From a virus, in IMG/VR virus record IMGVR_UViG_3300037458_000572: a stretch of DNA of 61,734 bases; one strand, 5' to 3'. Made by a program: the position numbers and the translations under genes. The notes beneath the pieces are model-generated. The model had not been told where the DNA came from, searched no databases, and saw nothing but the letters and a program-made list of their open reading frames with translations. How positions within the stretch are numbered: the stretch's first letter is position 1; every line of letters starts with the position of its first letter. This document shows, piece by piece, positions 43,170 through 53,343 of this stretch.

Positions 43170-44819
43170 CTATGCGAGGTAAGCTCTATCCGTTTCAGCC
43201 GTCAGGGTGATCGAAATCGCCTTGCTCTGGTTGATGGTCCCGGTCGCCACAACCGGCTTGGCGCTACCCGGATACCCCGCCACAACGGTCACGGCGGCGT
43301 TGGTGCCCGCTGTCCGTCCGCCCTGTACGTTATTGCTGTAGTCGAACGTGAACGCCATCTGCGCGGCGCTGATCGTCCCGGCGATGTCAACGGCGTCCTT
43401 GTCGTCCACAGTCACGGCTCCAGACTCCCCGTAGTCGTTGCCGGCGCCGGGCAGCGTGGTGAAAAACATCCGGTAATAGCCGCCTACCAGGTTGGCGCTG
43501 AAGTTAAGGTTTCCGGCGCTGGCGTAGGGATACTCGCGCGTGGCTGCGGTGTTGTCGTAGAAGACGATGGAGTTAAGATCGGCGGCGGCGAGGCCCTGCA
43601 CCAGCACGCCTGATCCGCCTCCGTTCGGGTTGGTCGGAGTGTAGAACCCGCACTTTAGACTGTCGCCGACGAAGTTCAGCAGCAGCCCGGCCGTGGACCC
43701 GGTGACAGACCCCGAAACTGAGTTGATGTTGCTGTTCTGCCGCAACAAGTATTGAACTTTAGTGTAGATTTGAGCAAGTGAAGCTGATACCGGCGCTGCC
43801 AGTTGAGCGGTAAATGACAGGTTGGACCCGCTGGCGATCGTGCCGGTCACGGTGATGGTCGTTGCCGTGTTGGCGGTGATGGGGAAGGATACGTTTTTGT
43901 CGGTCCCCTCATAAATCGTCAAGGTGCCGCCGACGAACGCCGAGGCGGTCATGCCGCCCTCGGCCGTGGTCAAGACCGATCCGCCGCCGGGCGCCGAACC
44001 GTCGATCCCCGAATGCGTGCCGACATCGACCACGATCCCGAAATTGCGGCTGGTCGCCGAGTCGATGTCCCGCGTGAACGCCCCGGTGAAGTAGCGTACC
44101 TTGATGGACGTGAAGGGCGAATTGGCCGCCACGTTAACATCCGTATCCTGGATCTTAAGGTCGGACCCAACCGCGATCGGCAGCGCGACCTTGTAGGCGC
44201 CGGTCCCGGTTTCGCCGACATCCCCCAAAACCGCGTCGTCGTACAAGTAGTTATATTCGCGGCAGAACATCTTGAAGAACGTGCGCTCGTCGAAATTCCC
44301 GTTTGAAGCGTCCCCGTAGACCTGGATGGCCTCGTTTGGCGCGTCGGTATACGTGAAATTAGCCTTCGCCCCGGTCGAAGTGCGCTGGTAGTAGAACTGT
44401 GCCCCGGACGGAAAACCGGAGGCGAGCGCCACCATGCCGACGTACTGGCGGTTGAGCGCGCCGGCGTTGCTGTACTCGCTCCAGCCGGCGTCCCGAATCA
44501 TCTGCCGCGTCGCGTCATTGTAAGGTTTCCAGCCGTTGTAGGCGCCGCCGGGGTCTTGTCCGAAAATATACTGGCCGGATCGGGCGTCGAGCACGTTCAT
44601 CGGAAAGGCGTATGGCTGGTATGTGGTCCCGCTGGCCCACAGGTCAACGAATTTTGCCCACAAAGCGTTTCCGGTGCATCCGTCCTTGGCGACCAGTACG
44701 CCATAGGCTGATAGCTGGAACGTCTTGGCGGAGGTGTCCAGCCAGATGTTGCCGTCAACGCCCAAATTACCGGAAGATGAAGACACAACAAGATCATCGG
44801 GATCGGTTAGCTTTGCCAA
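43170..44819 (-). CDS. tail fibre/spike-like structural protein
   Basis: 549 aa. Composition is Gly/Ser/Thr/Asn/Ala-rich and beta-rich. It sits next to the 887-aa fibre-like protein. Confidence 0.65.
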   Translation of the reverse strand: MAKLTDPDDLVVSSSSGNLGVDGNIWLDTSAKTFQLSAYGVLVAKDGCTGNALWAKFVDLWASGTTYQPYAFPMNVLDARSGQYIFGQDPGGAYNGWKPYNDATRQMIRDAGWSEYSNAGALNRQYVGMVALASGFPSGAQFYYQRTSTGAKANFTYTDAPNEAIQVYGDASNGNFDERTFFKMFCREYNYLYDDAVLGDVGETGTGAYKVALPIAVGSDLKIQDTDVNVAANSPFTSIKVRYFTGAFTRDIDSATSRNFGIVVDVGTHSGIDGSAPGGGSVLTTAEGGMTASAFVGGTLTIYEGTDKNVSFPITANTATTITVTGTIASGSNLSFTAQLAAPVSASLAQIYTKVQYLLRQNSNINSVSGSVTGSTAGLLLNFVGDSLKCGFYTPTNPNGGGSGVLVQGLAAADLNSIVFYDNTAATREYPYASAGNLNFSANLVGGYYRMFFTTLPGAGNDYGESGAVTVDDKDAVDIAGTISAAQMAFTFDYSNNVQGGRTAGTNAAVTVVAGYPGSAKPVVATGTINQSKAISITLTAETDRAYLA

Positions 44820-44832
44820 TTTGGTTCCCCTC

Positions 44833-47496
44833 CTATGTCAAATAATATCTGTCTACTACCTGCGATATTGGCACGGAAGCGTCTGCGCTTGGCTTCGTGT
44901 AGGCTCGGATGAAAAACGGAACGTAACCCTCTTTATAAATGCCAATGTCGATACTGTTGCCCGCCTCTGCAGCCGGATAGTCGTAAACGTAGGATGTGCC
45001 GGCGATGTCCTGGGATGACTCGATCACCGTGGTTGTCCCGGCCGCGTAGATCACCACATCGCTGCCGGTGACAATCGGCGAAAGGGTCAGGTTGCGGGCG
45101 TTGACAACCGTCACGGTCGCCCCGGCCGTGCGAATGCTGGGGGTGCTGCCGCCGCTGGTAATGGTGATCTGCACCGATCCGGTGGCGATATTGACGTAAA
45201 CCGCCTCGTTGCCGGTCGATCCGTCGCTCGCCGCATACCCGCTGAACGTGCAGCCTTCGAGGCTGAAATCAGCCGCGCTTCCGCTGATCTCGATGCCGTG
45301 CTGGGTGCCGGTTGTTTTGGTAAACGTGCAGCGCTTGATCTTGGCCGCGTTCGCGGGGGAGCTGGCGCCTACCTTGGTATTGGTAAAGCTGCAGTCTTCG
45401 ATTTCGGCGCCGTTTTGAGTAAAAACGGGGCAAGAGATAAAGGACATGAACGCGAACGCGGTGTTGAGATCGCGCAGCGTCACGTTGGCGTTAATGACTG
45501 ACGAACCCGTAAAATCGATGGTGGCGGTTGCTGCTGCCGAAGCATCCCACTCCCAGCGATATTGGCTGGGGCTGGTGAAAACGGTATTTGTGATTTTGAT
45601 CGAATCGCCGGATTTGGGATAGAATTTGATCCCCGCCACATCGACCGCCGCGTTCCAGCCGAAGTTTGCCGTGCCGTCATATCGCGTTGGAAACTGAAAC
45701 GAGTTCAAATCGCAACTGATCGCAACCGGATCGCCGCCGCCGAATTGCAGCGGCGCCCAAATCAGCGCCGCCGAGCCTGATTGCTGGATAAACGGAAACA
45801 TGCCGATGCAGCGATTGGCCACATAGGCGATGTCGTCCAGGTTGAGCGGAAGCGCGGTCGTTCCCCCGGCGATGCCTATGCGCGTCACCAGCGACAGCAT
45901 GCTCCATTGCACGGCCGCGGCGCCGAAGTAGCCAAATGTCGATAAATAGATCCGCGTGACCGAACTCTTGTTGATACCGGACCTGCTGGCCCATGCCGTA
46001 GCCGAGCCGTTCCAATCGATCGCCCACACGCTCCGGCCGTCCAGGTCAAGATTTTTGCAGCCCCTCGCGCCGATCTTATAGCTTTCGTAACACACGCCAG
46101 CGTCTAGCAGCGTTACCTGCACCCCTCCCGGCAGTTGCGATGCCTCGGCAATGTCTACCGCGAAATCGCGCGCCAGGACCGGCCGGATCGTTCCGACCAG
46201 GATGCCGGTGTCGAGATCGACCGCGGCGCCGAACTGCAGCTCGCAACCGTTCAGCGTACTTGTGCTGGATGATCCAGCGTTTTGACAGGCGTCCGTGTAG
46301 GGGTTGGTGCCGCCGTCGCCCGCAGCCGACGCCACGATATAGGCCGCGGGATGACATTGCGCGCGGCCCTGCGACACTATTATGGCCGTGGTGTAAAGTG
46401 TGCCGATGTTGGCCCGCACCCAATACTTCGTGACCCCGTTCACCGAGGTCTGCGCCATCGCGGCCTTGATCGCAGCCGTGAAATCAAGCCGCTGCCAGCC
46501 GGTCGATGTCAGGTTATTGGTCGGCATGCCGGTGGATGACCACGCCGACCCGGTATAGTACTCCCAGGCGATCACGCCCGCCGCGCCCGCCGTCGATACA
46601 TTCAGCGCTAAAAATTGCCATGCTGTATCGAACCCGAAATAAACGAAGTCGCTTGTCGCTGTCGGAAATGTAACGTCGGCCGTCGCGGAGCTGTTGAGGG
46701 CTGATAATACATCCGTAAACACCCCCGGGCCGACATCCTTGTAGGCAGCGGTCAAATCGCCGCCCAGCATGGTCGTGTTGAGCGAAGTCGGCCACGAGTC
46801 GCTATACATGGTGCCAAGCCCGACAAGCGGTCTGACCACATCGCCGGAGGAAATGGCCGAATCCGAATAACGCGGAACGCTCGCGCCCGAGGAACCGTCT
46901 TTAACGGCCACGACGATCCCGCGGCCGTCATCGTTGCCGCGGCCAAACCATTTAGCCGCCGCGACCGCGCCTGCGGTTTTTTGAAACGTATAAGCGACGC
47001 CGGTTGAGTTCGATCCGTTATCCCCCGCATGCAGGTTAACCAGCGGCGGGTGCGCGGTGGGCGAAAGTCCTGAATCCGTAAACCACGCATGAAAAATCAG
47101 GCAATCGGTATCGGTGCCGGTATTGGCAGAAGGCCCATCGAACGGCATGGCCGAATCATCGGACGAGCTTTCAGCGCTCACGGAAATCGGGCTCGATGTC
47201 GGCGCCCCCTCGATCGCCACAACGACAACATGAAAATTTTCAGGGGTGCCGGTGACAAGGGTGAGGGTTTCCGCCGCGCTCGCCGCGACCTTGTATTCGC
47301 TGCGGTAGGCCGCGCCCGCGCTCGCGCCGTCCTGAATCGCCGTCCAACCAGAGGTGGCGTTGATCGCGGGCGTCCCGTCCTTGCTGGCGAAGTAAATCAG
47401 GATGTCGTTCGCCTGGTGCGTCGGCATGTTGCACACCAGCGAACCGGTCGTCGCCGTGCCGTACTCGGTTACCGCAAAGTCTCGGATATTGGCCAT
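44833..47496 (-). CDS. tail fibre/spike-like structural protein
   Basis: 887 aa. The C-terminal segment has repetitive C.FT.T / GCTFSGY beta-helix-like turns. Confidence 0.7.
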   Translation of the reverse strand: MANIRDFAVTEYGTATTGSLVCNMPTHQANDILIYFASKDGTPAINATSGWTAIQDGASAGAAYRSEYKVAASAAETLTLVTGTPENFHVVVVAIEGAPTSSPISVSAESSSDDSAMPFDGPSANTGTDTDCLIFHAWFTDSGLSPTAHPPLVNLHAGDNGSNSTGVAYTFQKTAGAVAAAKWFGRGNDDGRGIVVAVKDGSSGASVPRYSDSAISSGDVVRPLVGLGTMYSDSWPTSLNTTMLGGDLTAAYKDVGPGVFTDVLSALNSSATADVTFPTATSDFVYFGFDTAWQFLALNVSTAGAAGVIAWEYYTGSAWSSTGMPTNNLTSTGWQRLDFTAAIKAAMAQTSVNGVTKYWVRANIGTLYTTAIIVSQGRAQCHPAAYIVASAAGDGGTNPYTDACQNAGSSSTSTLNGCELQFGAAVDLDTGILVGTIRPVLARDFAVDIAEASQLPGGVQVTLLDAGVCYESYKIGARGCKNLDLDGRSVWAIDWNGSATAWASRSGINKSSVTRIYLSTFGYFGAAAVQWSMLSLVTRIGIAGGTTALPLNLDDIAYVANRCIGMFPFIQQSGSAALIWAPLQFGGGDPVAISCDLNSFQFPTRYDGTANFGWNAAVDVAGIKFYPKSGDSIKITNTVFTSPSQYRWEWDASAAATATIDFTGSSVINANVTLRDLNTAFAFMSFISCPVFTQNGAEIEDCSFTNTKVGASSPANAAKIKRCTFTKTTGTQHGIEISGSAADFSLEGCTFSGYAASDGSTGNEAVYVNIATGSVQITITSGGSTPSIRTAGATVTVVNARNLTLSPIVTGSDVVIYAAGTTTVIESSQDIAGTSYVYDYPAAEAGNSIDIGIYKEGYVPFFIRAYTKPSADASVPISQVVDRYYLT

Positions 47497-47499
47497 GTA

Positions 47500-47856
47500 T
47501 TAAGCCTTTGCCACTACTTTTTTGATTCTGCCGTCCGCGTCCCGCTCGATCGTGAAGTCCCACCGCCGCGCGCGTTCGGGAACTGGAGGCGGCTGAACCG
47601 CCTTGATGGCCGTGGCGATCCCTTTGCCGATCCGCTCGATCGCCGCCGCGGTTTCGCTCCGGGTCTCGGCGATCACTCCGGCCAGGGTCTCCTGGGTTGC
47701 TGCCAGCTTGCCGAGCACCCGGACCGTGGCCTTATGCGTCTCGGCGTGCTCGTCGGGGCTCTCCTTTTCAATGCGGCGGCTTTCGTCAGGGAGGTGCTTG
47801 GCCTTGCCAGACACCCGCATCAAATTCGCATCCTTGTCGCTCAGATATTTAGGCAT
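47500..47856 (-). CDS. hypothetical protein
   Basis: 118-aa ORF overlapping the upstream gene's end by 16 nt. Confidence 0.5.
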   Translation of the reverse strand: MPKYLSDKDANLMRVSGKAKHLPDESRRIEKESPDEHAETHKATVRVLGKLAATQETLAGVIAETRSETAAAIERIGKGIATAIKAVQPPPVPERARRWDFTIERDADGRIKKVVAKA

Positions 47857-50800
47857 TCCAATATCTTCCTGGCCATGGCGGTCTGCTCGGAGTTTTCGGC
47901 CAATGCCGTGTCCGCCCGCTCCTTTATCATCATCGCCGCACCGGACTCCGAATACGCCTTGATCTCCACCATTATTTCAGACAGCGGCGGTGCCTGCTTT
48001 TCCTGCGCGGGAGCGGGTTGCGGCTGCAATTCGAAGCTGTCGGCCGGCAGTCCATTTTCGCCCTTGCCTTCGATCTTGACGTACTCGCGGCCGTCCTCGA
48101 AATAATCGTCGATTACCCTGCCGGCGAACCCGACATTCAACCCGCCGGCCGCCGTCGGCGTCACCATGTCGCCGTATTTAAACTTGAGGTCTTTCGGCGC
48201 CGGCGCCTGTGATTCTAATCCTTCAGCCTTCGGCTCTCCCTCCGCTTCTCCCGCTTCAACAACCTGATACGCTGCCGCACCTTCAACAGGCTCCGCTTTT
48301 TCCTGTTCACGCTGTCCCCTCTCGAAGTCCTGGCGCGCTTCTTTAGCCGCCTCGATGAGCGCCTGCTTCCGCGTCCACTTCGCCGGGTATCCCGGTCCCT
48401 TTTCGCTGCGAATCCCGTTTTCAGTACGCCGGTAGTAGAAACTCCCCGTGCCGGCCTGCTGCACGGAGTAATCCACCCCTGCGATCCGCGCCGCCCCGCG
48501 GCTAATCATCTTCCCCGCCCAATCGGCCATGTCCTTAGCCTTGGATCGGGGGGGTTGTTTCCCGGTTATCGTTGCCGCCACATCGGTCTTGGGCTTTTCC
48601 TGTGGGAGCGGCGTCCCCGCCGCGATCTCTTCCTCAACCTGCGGAACTGACGGCCTGCGGTTCGGGGCCACCCTCCCCGTCAACACCTCGAAGGCGGCCC
48701 TCGGTGGTTCGCCAGCGGCGCCCTTATCGTTTACTCCACCCTCCCGTACCGGCTGCCCCGCGATCGCCTCACCACGAGGCTCTAATGCAGCCGATTCTTC
48801 GGACGGACGGCGAGATGGTGCTCGCCGCCCGGTTAGCGCCTCGACCGCGTTGGTTGCCGGTTTTTCAACTAAATCCGGGTACTCGGCCAATACCGTCGGC
48901 GGTACGGGCTTGCCTTCGCCAATCGCCAGCGCCACGATGTTCTTATGCCGCTGGTTGGCGCGATCATCGATCACGTTGCCGGCCGATACGCTTTCAACAT
49001 ATTCCCGCCGCGTCATCTCCCACGGTTCTTTTACTGGCAAACCGGCGGCTTCCGCGGCCGATGGAAACGTCCCCCCCTGCACGCCCTCGGTTACGATCTC
49101 ATCCTGAACGGCCTCTGACGTAGCCGTAGGCGCCTGTTCAATGGGTGCCTGCGACGGCTGCCGCATGGGCGCACGCCGCCCGGTGAGCGCCTCGACCGCG
49201 TTGGTTGGCGGTTTATCAACCAAATCCGGGTACTCGGCGAGGACTTTGGACGGGACGGGATTGCCGTTTTTAAGCGCTTTTTTGATGTAATCTTTGTGCG
49301 ATACTGTTATTGCATCAGCGTCGGTATATTTGGCTGTGTCTATCGTTCGGATCACGAACGAACTACCGTCAGGAGAACGCACCGACAAATAATTATTGCC
49401 ACGATTTACAGTTGAAGTTTCGGCATATTCCCGCCGCGTCATCTCCCACGGCTCTTTCACTGGCGAACCGGGGGCTTCCGCAGCCGGCGGCAACGCCCCC
49501 CCCTGCACGTCCTCGGCAGCGATCGCTGCGGGGGTGGCCCCTGTTGGTGGCTGCTGTTCAATTTCAACGGGTGCCTGCGACGGCTGCCGCATTGGCGCTC
49601 GCCGCCCGGTCAGCGCCTCGACCGCCGATATTGCGGGTCTTGCCTCATCCTGCGGGAGCGGCGTCCCCGCCGCGATCTCTTCCTCCGGCGCTACCGACGG
49701 CTGCCGGCTCGGGGCCACCCTCCCCGTAAAAATCTCGGCCGCCGTCTTTTTCCGCTTTGGCTTTTCGGCCGGCGACGTAGCCGCTGCCGTCGTATCTTCC
49801 CCGGCCGCCCCGACCGGCGCCGCATCTCCCGAACCCTGAACCCCGAACCCGTGGTCCTCGTCGATTTCTTCAGAAATCGACTTGCCCTGCAGCACCGCCA
49901 TTGTCGCCCCGGTGCGCCAGCGATCCGCCAAGCCCGGGTCCGTGCGCGCGATCTCGTCGTAAACCTCACGCACCGCCCCCAGCCGTTCCTCGGGGTCCGC
50001 GTCCTTGTCGGTTATCAGGCTCCTTACCTGGTTCGAGCGCGCCTTGTGAAGCCCGCCGCCGAGCGCCCCGAAAATCAAACTGGATACGGTGATCTGCCCG
50101 AAATTGTCCTTTATCGCCTGCCAGAATGTATCCTCCGATGCCCCGGTTGACCGCTGGACTTCGGCCTGTATGGCGGTGTTGGCCAACTCGCCGGCCTCTT
50201 CGGACGCGGCGATGCCCAAGCCTTTCTTGGCTGCCGCCGAATACGACGACTGGATTACCCGCTTCGCGCTGTTCTTGGTCGCTTCGCGCAGCGGCTTGGT
50301 AAAGCCTCCGCCGCGTAGGAGCAGGATGTCCAGTACGTCGGAAAAAAACTCGGAGCCTGTTTCGGATAACCCCTCCATCACCGCCGCGTCATGCGCCTGG
50401 TCCTTCGGAACACCTTTTTTTACATACTCGTCATACGCCTTGTCGTACTGCGCCATTCCGAACAGCGGCGCCCCTGGAAGCTGCCCCGCGGCAGCCGCCG
50501 CCAGTTTCCCGCCGCCGCGCGCCGCCGCGCCGGCGACCCCCGCGGCCATGCTCGGGGCTGTCACCGCCAGGCTTTGCACGGTTGACTCGGCGGCCCCGGT
50601 CCAGTCGCGCCGCCAGCCCGGAGAACTCGCTTCTTTTGACACGGGCAAGGCGTCGTCTCGAAAGCTCGATATATCCTCGGCTATCTCGCGCGACTTGCCA
50701 TCATCCACCCCAACAGCCTTGTCCAGCGCCGCCAGCGCCCGGGCATAGGTCTCGGGAGCACCGACGATCCCACGCGCAACCGATACGCCGAGATCGGTCA

Positions 50801-51014
50801 ACACCCCACGGGAGGGCGGCGGCGGCCGGTGCGGCTCAAGGTTTATCTCGATGAAATCGTTTTTTACGGATGAAAGTTCGTTTTCGGGAAGGTCGGAAAA
50901 CTTGGCGGACAGCTTGTCGTCGAAATACCCGCCAAGCGCCCGCTGCTTGTCGATCGTTGAAAGTGCCTTGAAATCAGGATCGGCGAACCACTGCTGCACA
51001 ACCTTGTTCAACAT
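47841..51014 (-). CDS. large internal-virion/ejection-like protein with tandem repeat modules
   Basis: 1,057 aa. Repeated modules are AVEALTGRRAP.R.PS, VKEPWEMTRREY and PVP..VLAEYPDLV. There are two copies of EEEIAAGTPLPQ. Any function is inferred from size and position only. Confidence 0.75.
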   Translation of the reverse strand: MLNKVVQQWFADPDFKALSTIDKQRALGGYFDDKLSAKFSDLPENELSSVKNDFIEINLEPHRPPPPSRGVLTDLGVSVARGIVGAPETYARALAALDKAVGVDDGKSREIAEDISSFRDDALPVSKEASSPGWRRDWTGAAESTVQSLAVTAPSMAAGVAGAAARGGGKLAAAAAGQLPGAPLFGMAQYDKAYDEYVKKGVPKDQAHDAAVMEGLSETGSEFFSDVLDILLLRGGGFTKPLREATKNSAKRVIQSSYSAAAKKGLGIAASEEAGELANTAIQAEVQRSTGASEDTFWQAIKDNFGQITVSSLIFGALGGGLHKARSNQVRSLITDKDADPEERLGAVREVYDEIARTDPGLADRWRTGATMAVLQGKSISEEIDEDHGFGVQGSGDAAPVGAAGEDTTAAATSPAEKPKRKKTAAEIFTGRVAPSRQPSVAPEEEIAAGTPLPQDEARPAISAVEALTGRRAPMRQPSQAPVEIEQQPPTGATPAAIAAEDVQGGALPPAAEAPGSPVKEPWEMTRREYAETSTVNRGNNYLSVRSPDGSSFVIRTIDTAKYTDADAITVSHKDYIKKALKNGNPVPSKVLAEYPDLVDKPPTNAVEALTGRRAPMRQPSQAPIEQAPTATSEAVQDEIVTEGVQGGTFPSAAEAAGLPVKEPWEMTRREYVESVSAGNVIDDRANQRHKNIVALAIGEGKPVPPTVLAEYPDLVEKPATNAVEALTGRRAPSRRPSEESAALEPRGEAIAGQPVREGGVNDKGAAGEPPRAAFEVLTGRVAPNRRPSVPQVEEEIAAGTPLPQEKPKTDVAATITGKQPPRSKAKDMADWAGKMISRGAARIAGVDYSVQQAGTGSFYYRRTENGIRSEKGPGYPAKWTRKQALIEAAKEARQDFERGQREQEKAEPVEGAAAYQVVEAGEAEGEPKAEGLESQAPAPKDLKFKYGDMVTPTAAGGLNVGFAGRVIDDYFEDGREYVKIEGKGENGLPADSFELQPQPAPAQEKQAPPLSEIMVEIKAYSESGAAMMIKERADTALAENSEQTAMARKILECLNI
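48603..48627 (-). repeat. 25-nt GC hairpin motif, copy 4 (in frame, IAAGTPLPQ)
   Basis: The plus strand reads gtgggagcggcgtccccgccgcgat. Confidence 0.85.
49652..49676 (-). repeat. 25-nt GC hairpin motif, copy 5 (in frame, IAAGTPLPQ)
   Basis: The plus strand reads gcgggagcggcgtccccgccgcgat. Confidence 0.85.
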
Positions 51015-51054
51015 TATGGATTGTCTCCAAAAATAGGCTCTTGGTCGTCATGCG

Positions 51055-52668
51055 CTACTCGTTTTGAATGCGGCGCTTTGCCGGCGGCTCGGCGGCGTTC
51101 GCCCGTTTCTGTTGAAACCACTGGTCCATGCCCTGCACGATCTGCTCGGCGAGTGACCCGGGCTGGGCGATGCGCGGCTGGCTTGCGGCGGCCACCCCCA
51201 GCGGTGGCGCCGCCCGCACCTCGGCCGACTTCAATGCCTGACCGCCGGCTGATGGCGTCAAGGCGTTTTGGCCGCGAACATATTTCCAGTATTCCGCCTG
51301 CCCCGCACGCTCGCGCTGCTCGTTGCGCTCCCGGTTGCGGCGGCGCAGCGCATCGTCTTCCGTTTCCTCCGTACCGGGCGCTTCAGCATCCTTTCCGCCG
51401 CCCGTACCGGCCGCCTTCAAAAGCTCGTCCATCTTGGCGCGCATGTCGGCGCGGGTGATGTCGCGCTCGCCCGACTTGTCTGCGATCTTGCCCTTTGACC
51501 GCTCCACCCAGTCCTGGAACTCGAACAGCACCTTGTTCATCATCACGCGCTGCTTGTTGGGGTCCTGCTCGCCGTTCAGATAGACCGCCGCCACCCCCTG
51601 CGCCGCCAGCTCATACGGTTCCATCCCGTCGTGCTTGGGCCAGTAGGTCGGCATCCACTTCTCGGCCATGCTGGCGGTGTTTTGCTTCATTTCCCGCCAA
51701 CTGGACCCCGCCACCTTGTCGGTTTTGATTTCTCCGGTGCGCTCGTTAAACATCCTTTGGCCGTAAGTGCCATCGCTCATGGGCACCAGCGTCCCGGTCG
51801 GCTTCCACTCCGCCTGCTGCTTGACCCCCGCCATTTCCAGCAGTTGCCAATCGTGCAGCTTGGACCCGGTAGGCATGCGCTCGTTTTCGTCGCGCAGATA
51901 CAAGTATTTCTCTACCGGCGAAAGTGCCAGCCCGTGCGCCAGCTTGGTTAGCGGCCCCTCGCTGTTGTATTTCATAAACCGCTCGGCCGCGATGCGGTCC
52001 TTTAAATCGGCCTCCTTGGTGATCTCCAGCATCCGGCGCTGTGCGGTCGGGTCTTGGGCTGCGTAGGATCGCTCGATCAGCTCCTGCGGCGTTACCTTTA
52101 TCGTGGATGTCCTGCCGGTCTTTGGGTCGGTCGTCGTCCAGTCCCACAGCTCCTGCCCGTTGGCACCAATTGCCCCGGTGCGTGCCGCTGCCACCCGGCC
52201 GCCGGCGAACTCCTGCGAGTCGTCGTCGGCGTTGATCGCCTCCGCTAAGTGCCCGAGGTCGTTCTGGTAGGCTCCGCCTTCCTTTGCCAAACTTATCAAG
52301 GTGGGCGCCATTTTGCGGAAAGCGTTTTCGCGCTTCATTGCGGCCTTGGTCTGCTCCATGGCCAGCTTGGTTGCTTCCGCGCGGCGGGACTCTTCGGCCT
52401 GCGCCAGCCGCGACCGCTCGACATTCAAAAGCGGGGTTCCGAACCGCAGCCGGCTGGCCACGGCGTCAACGATCGCGTGCATGACTCCATAGCCTTCCTC
52501 CTTTGGCTTGTCAGCCTCCGGGGCGGCTTGCTGCTGCGGGGACGCGGGCTGCGCCGCTTGTGGCGCTTGCTGCGGTTGCGGCTCCTGCGGCGCTGGCATC
52601 GCGGGGGGAGCAGTGGCGTTTCTCCAATCGTCTTCTGAAAATCTCTCGTTCTCGTACAGTCCGGGCAT
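51055..52668 (-). CDS. hypothetical large virion-module protein
   Basis: 537-aa ORF with a Q/P/A-rich N-terminus. Confidence 0.7.
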   Translation of the reverse strand: MPGLYENERFSEDDWRNATAPPAMPAPQEPQPQQAPQAAQPASPQQQAAPEADKPKEEGYGVMHAIVDAVASRLRFGTPLLNVERSRLAQAEESRRAEATKLAMEQTKAAMKRENAFRKMAPTLISLAKEGGAYQNDLGHLAEAINADDDSQEFAGGRVAAARTGAIGANGQELWDWTTTDPKTGRTSTIKVTPQELIERSYAAQDPTAQRRMLEITKEADLKDRIAAERFMKYNSEGPLTKLAHGLALSPVEKYLYLRDENERMPTGSKLHDWQLLEMAGVKQQAEWKPTGTLVPMSDGTYGQRMFNERTGEIKTDKVAGSSWREMKQNTASMAEKWMPTYWPKHDGMEPYELAAQGVAAVYLNGEQDPNKQRVMMNKVLFEFQDWVERSKGKIADKSGERDITRADMRAKMDELLKAAGTGGGKDAEAPGTEETEDDALRRRNRERNEQRERAGQAEYWKYVRGQNALTPSAGGQALKSAEVRAAPPLGVAAASQPRIAQPGSLAEQIVQGMDQWFQQKRANAAEPPAKRRIQNE

Positions 52669-52683
52669 GTCCGCTGTCCTCCG

Positions 52684-53328
52684 CTAGTTGGCGTATAACC
52701 CTTGTCGCCGCTGCCGCTTCTTTCGTTCTTCGCCGTACATCCAATCTGCCGCCGATTGTATTTTTTGGCCTGTTTCGGTTTGGTTGTCCTCTCCGAACGC
52801 ATTGGCGAAGTCCGCCGCGCCGTCGAGCGCCGCGCCGATTTTCTTACCGATCTTGTTGCGGGCGTAGTTCTGCATGGCGTTTTTTATATATTCGCCGATA
52901 TGCGGATCGGCCTTCTGTGCCGATGCGGACGCCTGTTTACCGTATTCCTGACCGCCGAATACGTCTATTTGCTTTTCAGCAGCTGCGGGTGCACTCGATG
53001 CAACGGCGGGCTGCGATATACCGCCGCCACCGCCAAGTTCAGTTGCGGTGCCCGAAGCTCCGGACTCTGCCGCGGCGCCCGAAGCTCCGGACTCTGCCGC
53101 CGCGCCGCCCGAAGCTCCGGACTCTGCCGCCGCGCCGCCCGAAGCTCCGGCTGCTCCGCCGGCTATGGCGCCGATGATGCTTTTAGCTCCGATCGGGTGG
53201 TCCTGGCGGTTCAATTTGACTTCGCCGCCTGGTGGCGGGGTGTTCATGGCCTCTGTTTTTAATTCTTCATGCTCCGCCATGCGCTGGTCGATTTTTCTTT
53301 TTGCTATTGCCGCCAATACTTGCCACAT
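52684..53328 (-). CDS. Gly/Ala/Ser-repeat protein
   Basis: 214 aa with a central AAESGASGG repeat region encoded by a DNA tandem repeat. Confidence 0.6.
   Translation of the reverse strand: MWQVLAAIAKRKIDQRMAEHEELKTEAMNTPPPGGEVKLNRQDHPIGAKSIIGAIAGGAAGASGGAAAESGASGGAAAESGASGAAAESGASGTATELGGGGGISQPAVASSAPAAAEKQIDVFGGQEYGKQASASAQKADPHIGEYIKNAMQNYARNKIGKKIGAALDGAADFANAFGEDNQTETGQKIQSAADWMYGEERKKRQRRQGLYAN
53051..53160. repeat. 27-30-bp tandem repeat (about 3.7 units)
   Basis: cccgaagctccggactctgccgc(c/g)gcg(ccg) read three times, plus one partial unit. Confidence 0.85.
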
Positions 53329-53343
53329 ACCGCGCCCCTCCGC

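Noticed and set aside
48540-49750. Diversity-generating retroelement (template/variable repeat pair), suggested by the repeated segments.
   Set aside because: No reverse transcriptase gene is present in the genome, and the differences between repeats are not restricted to adenine positions.
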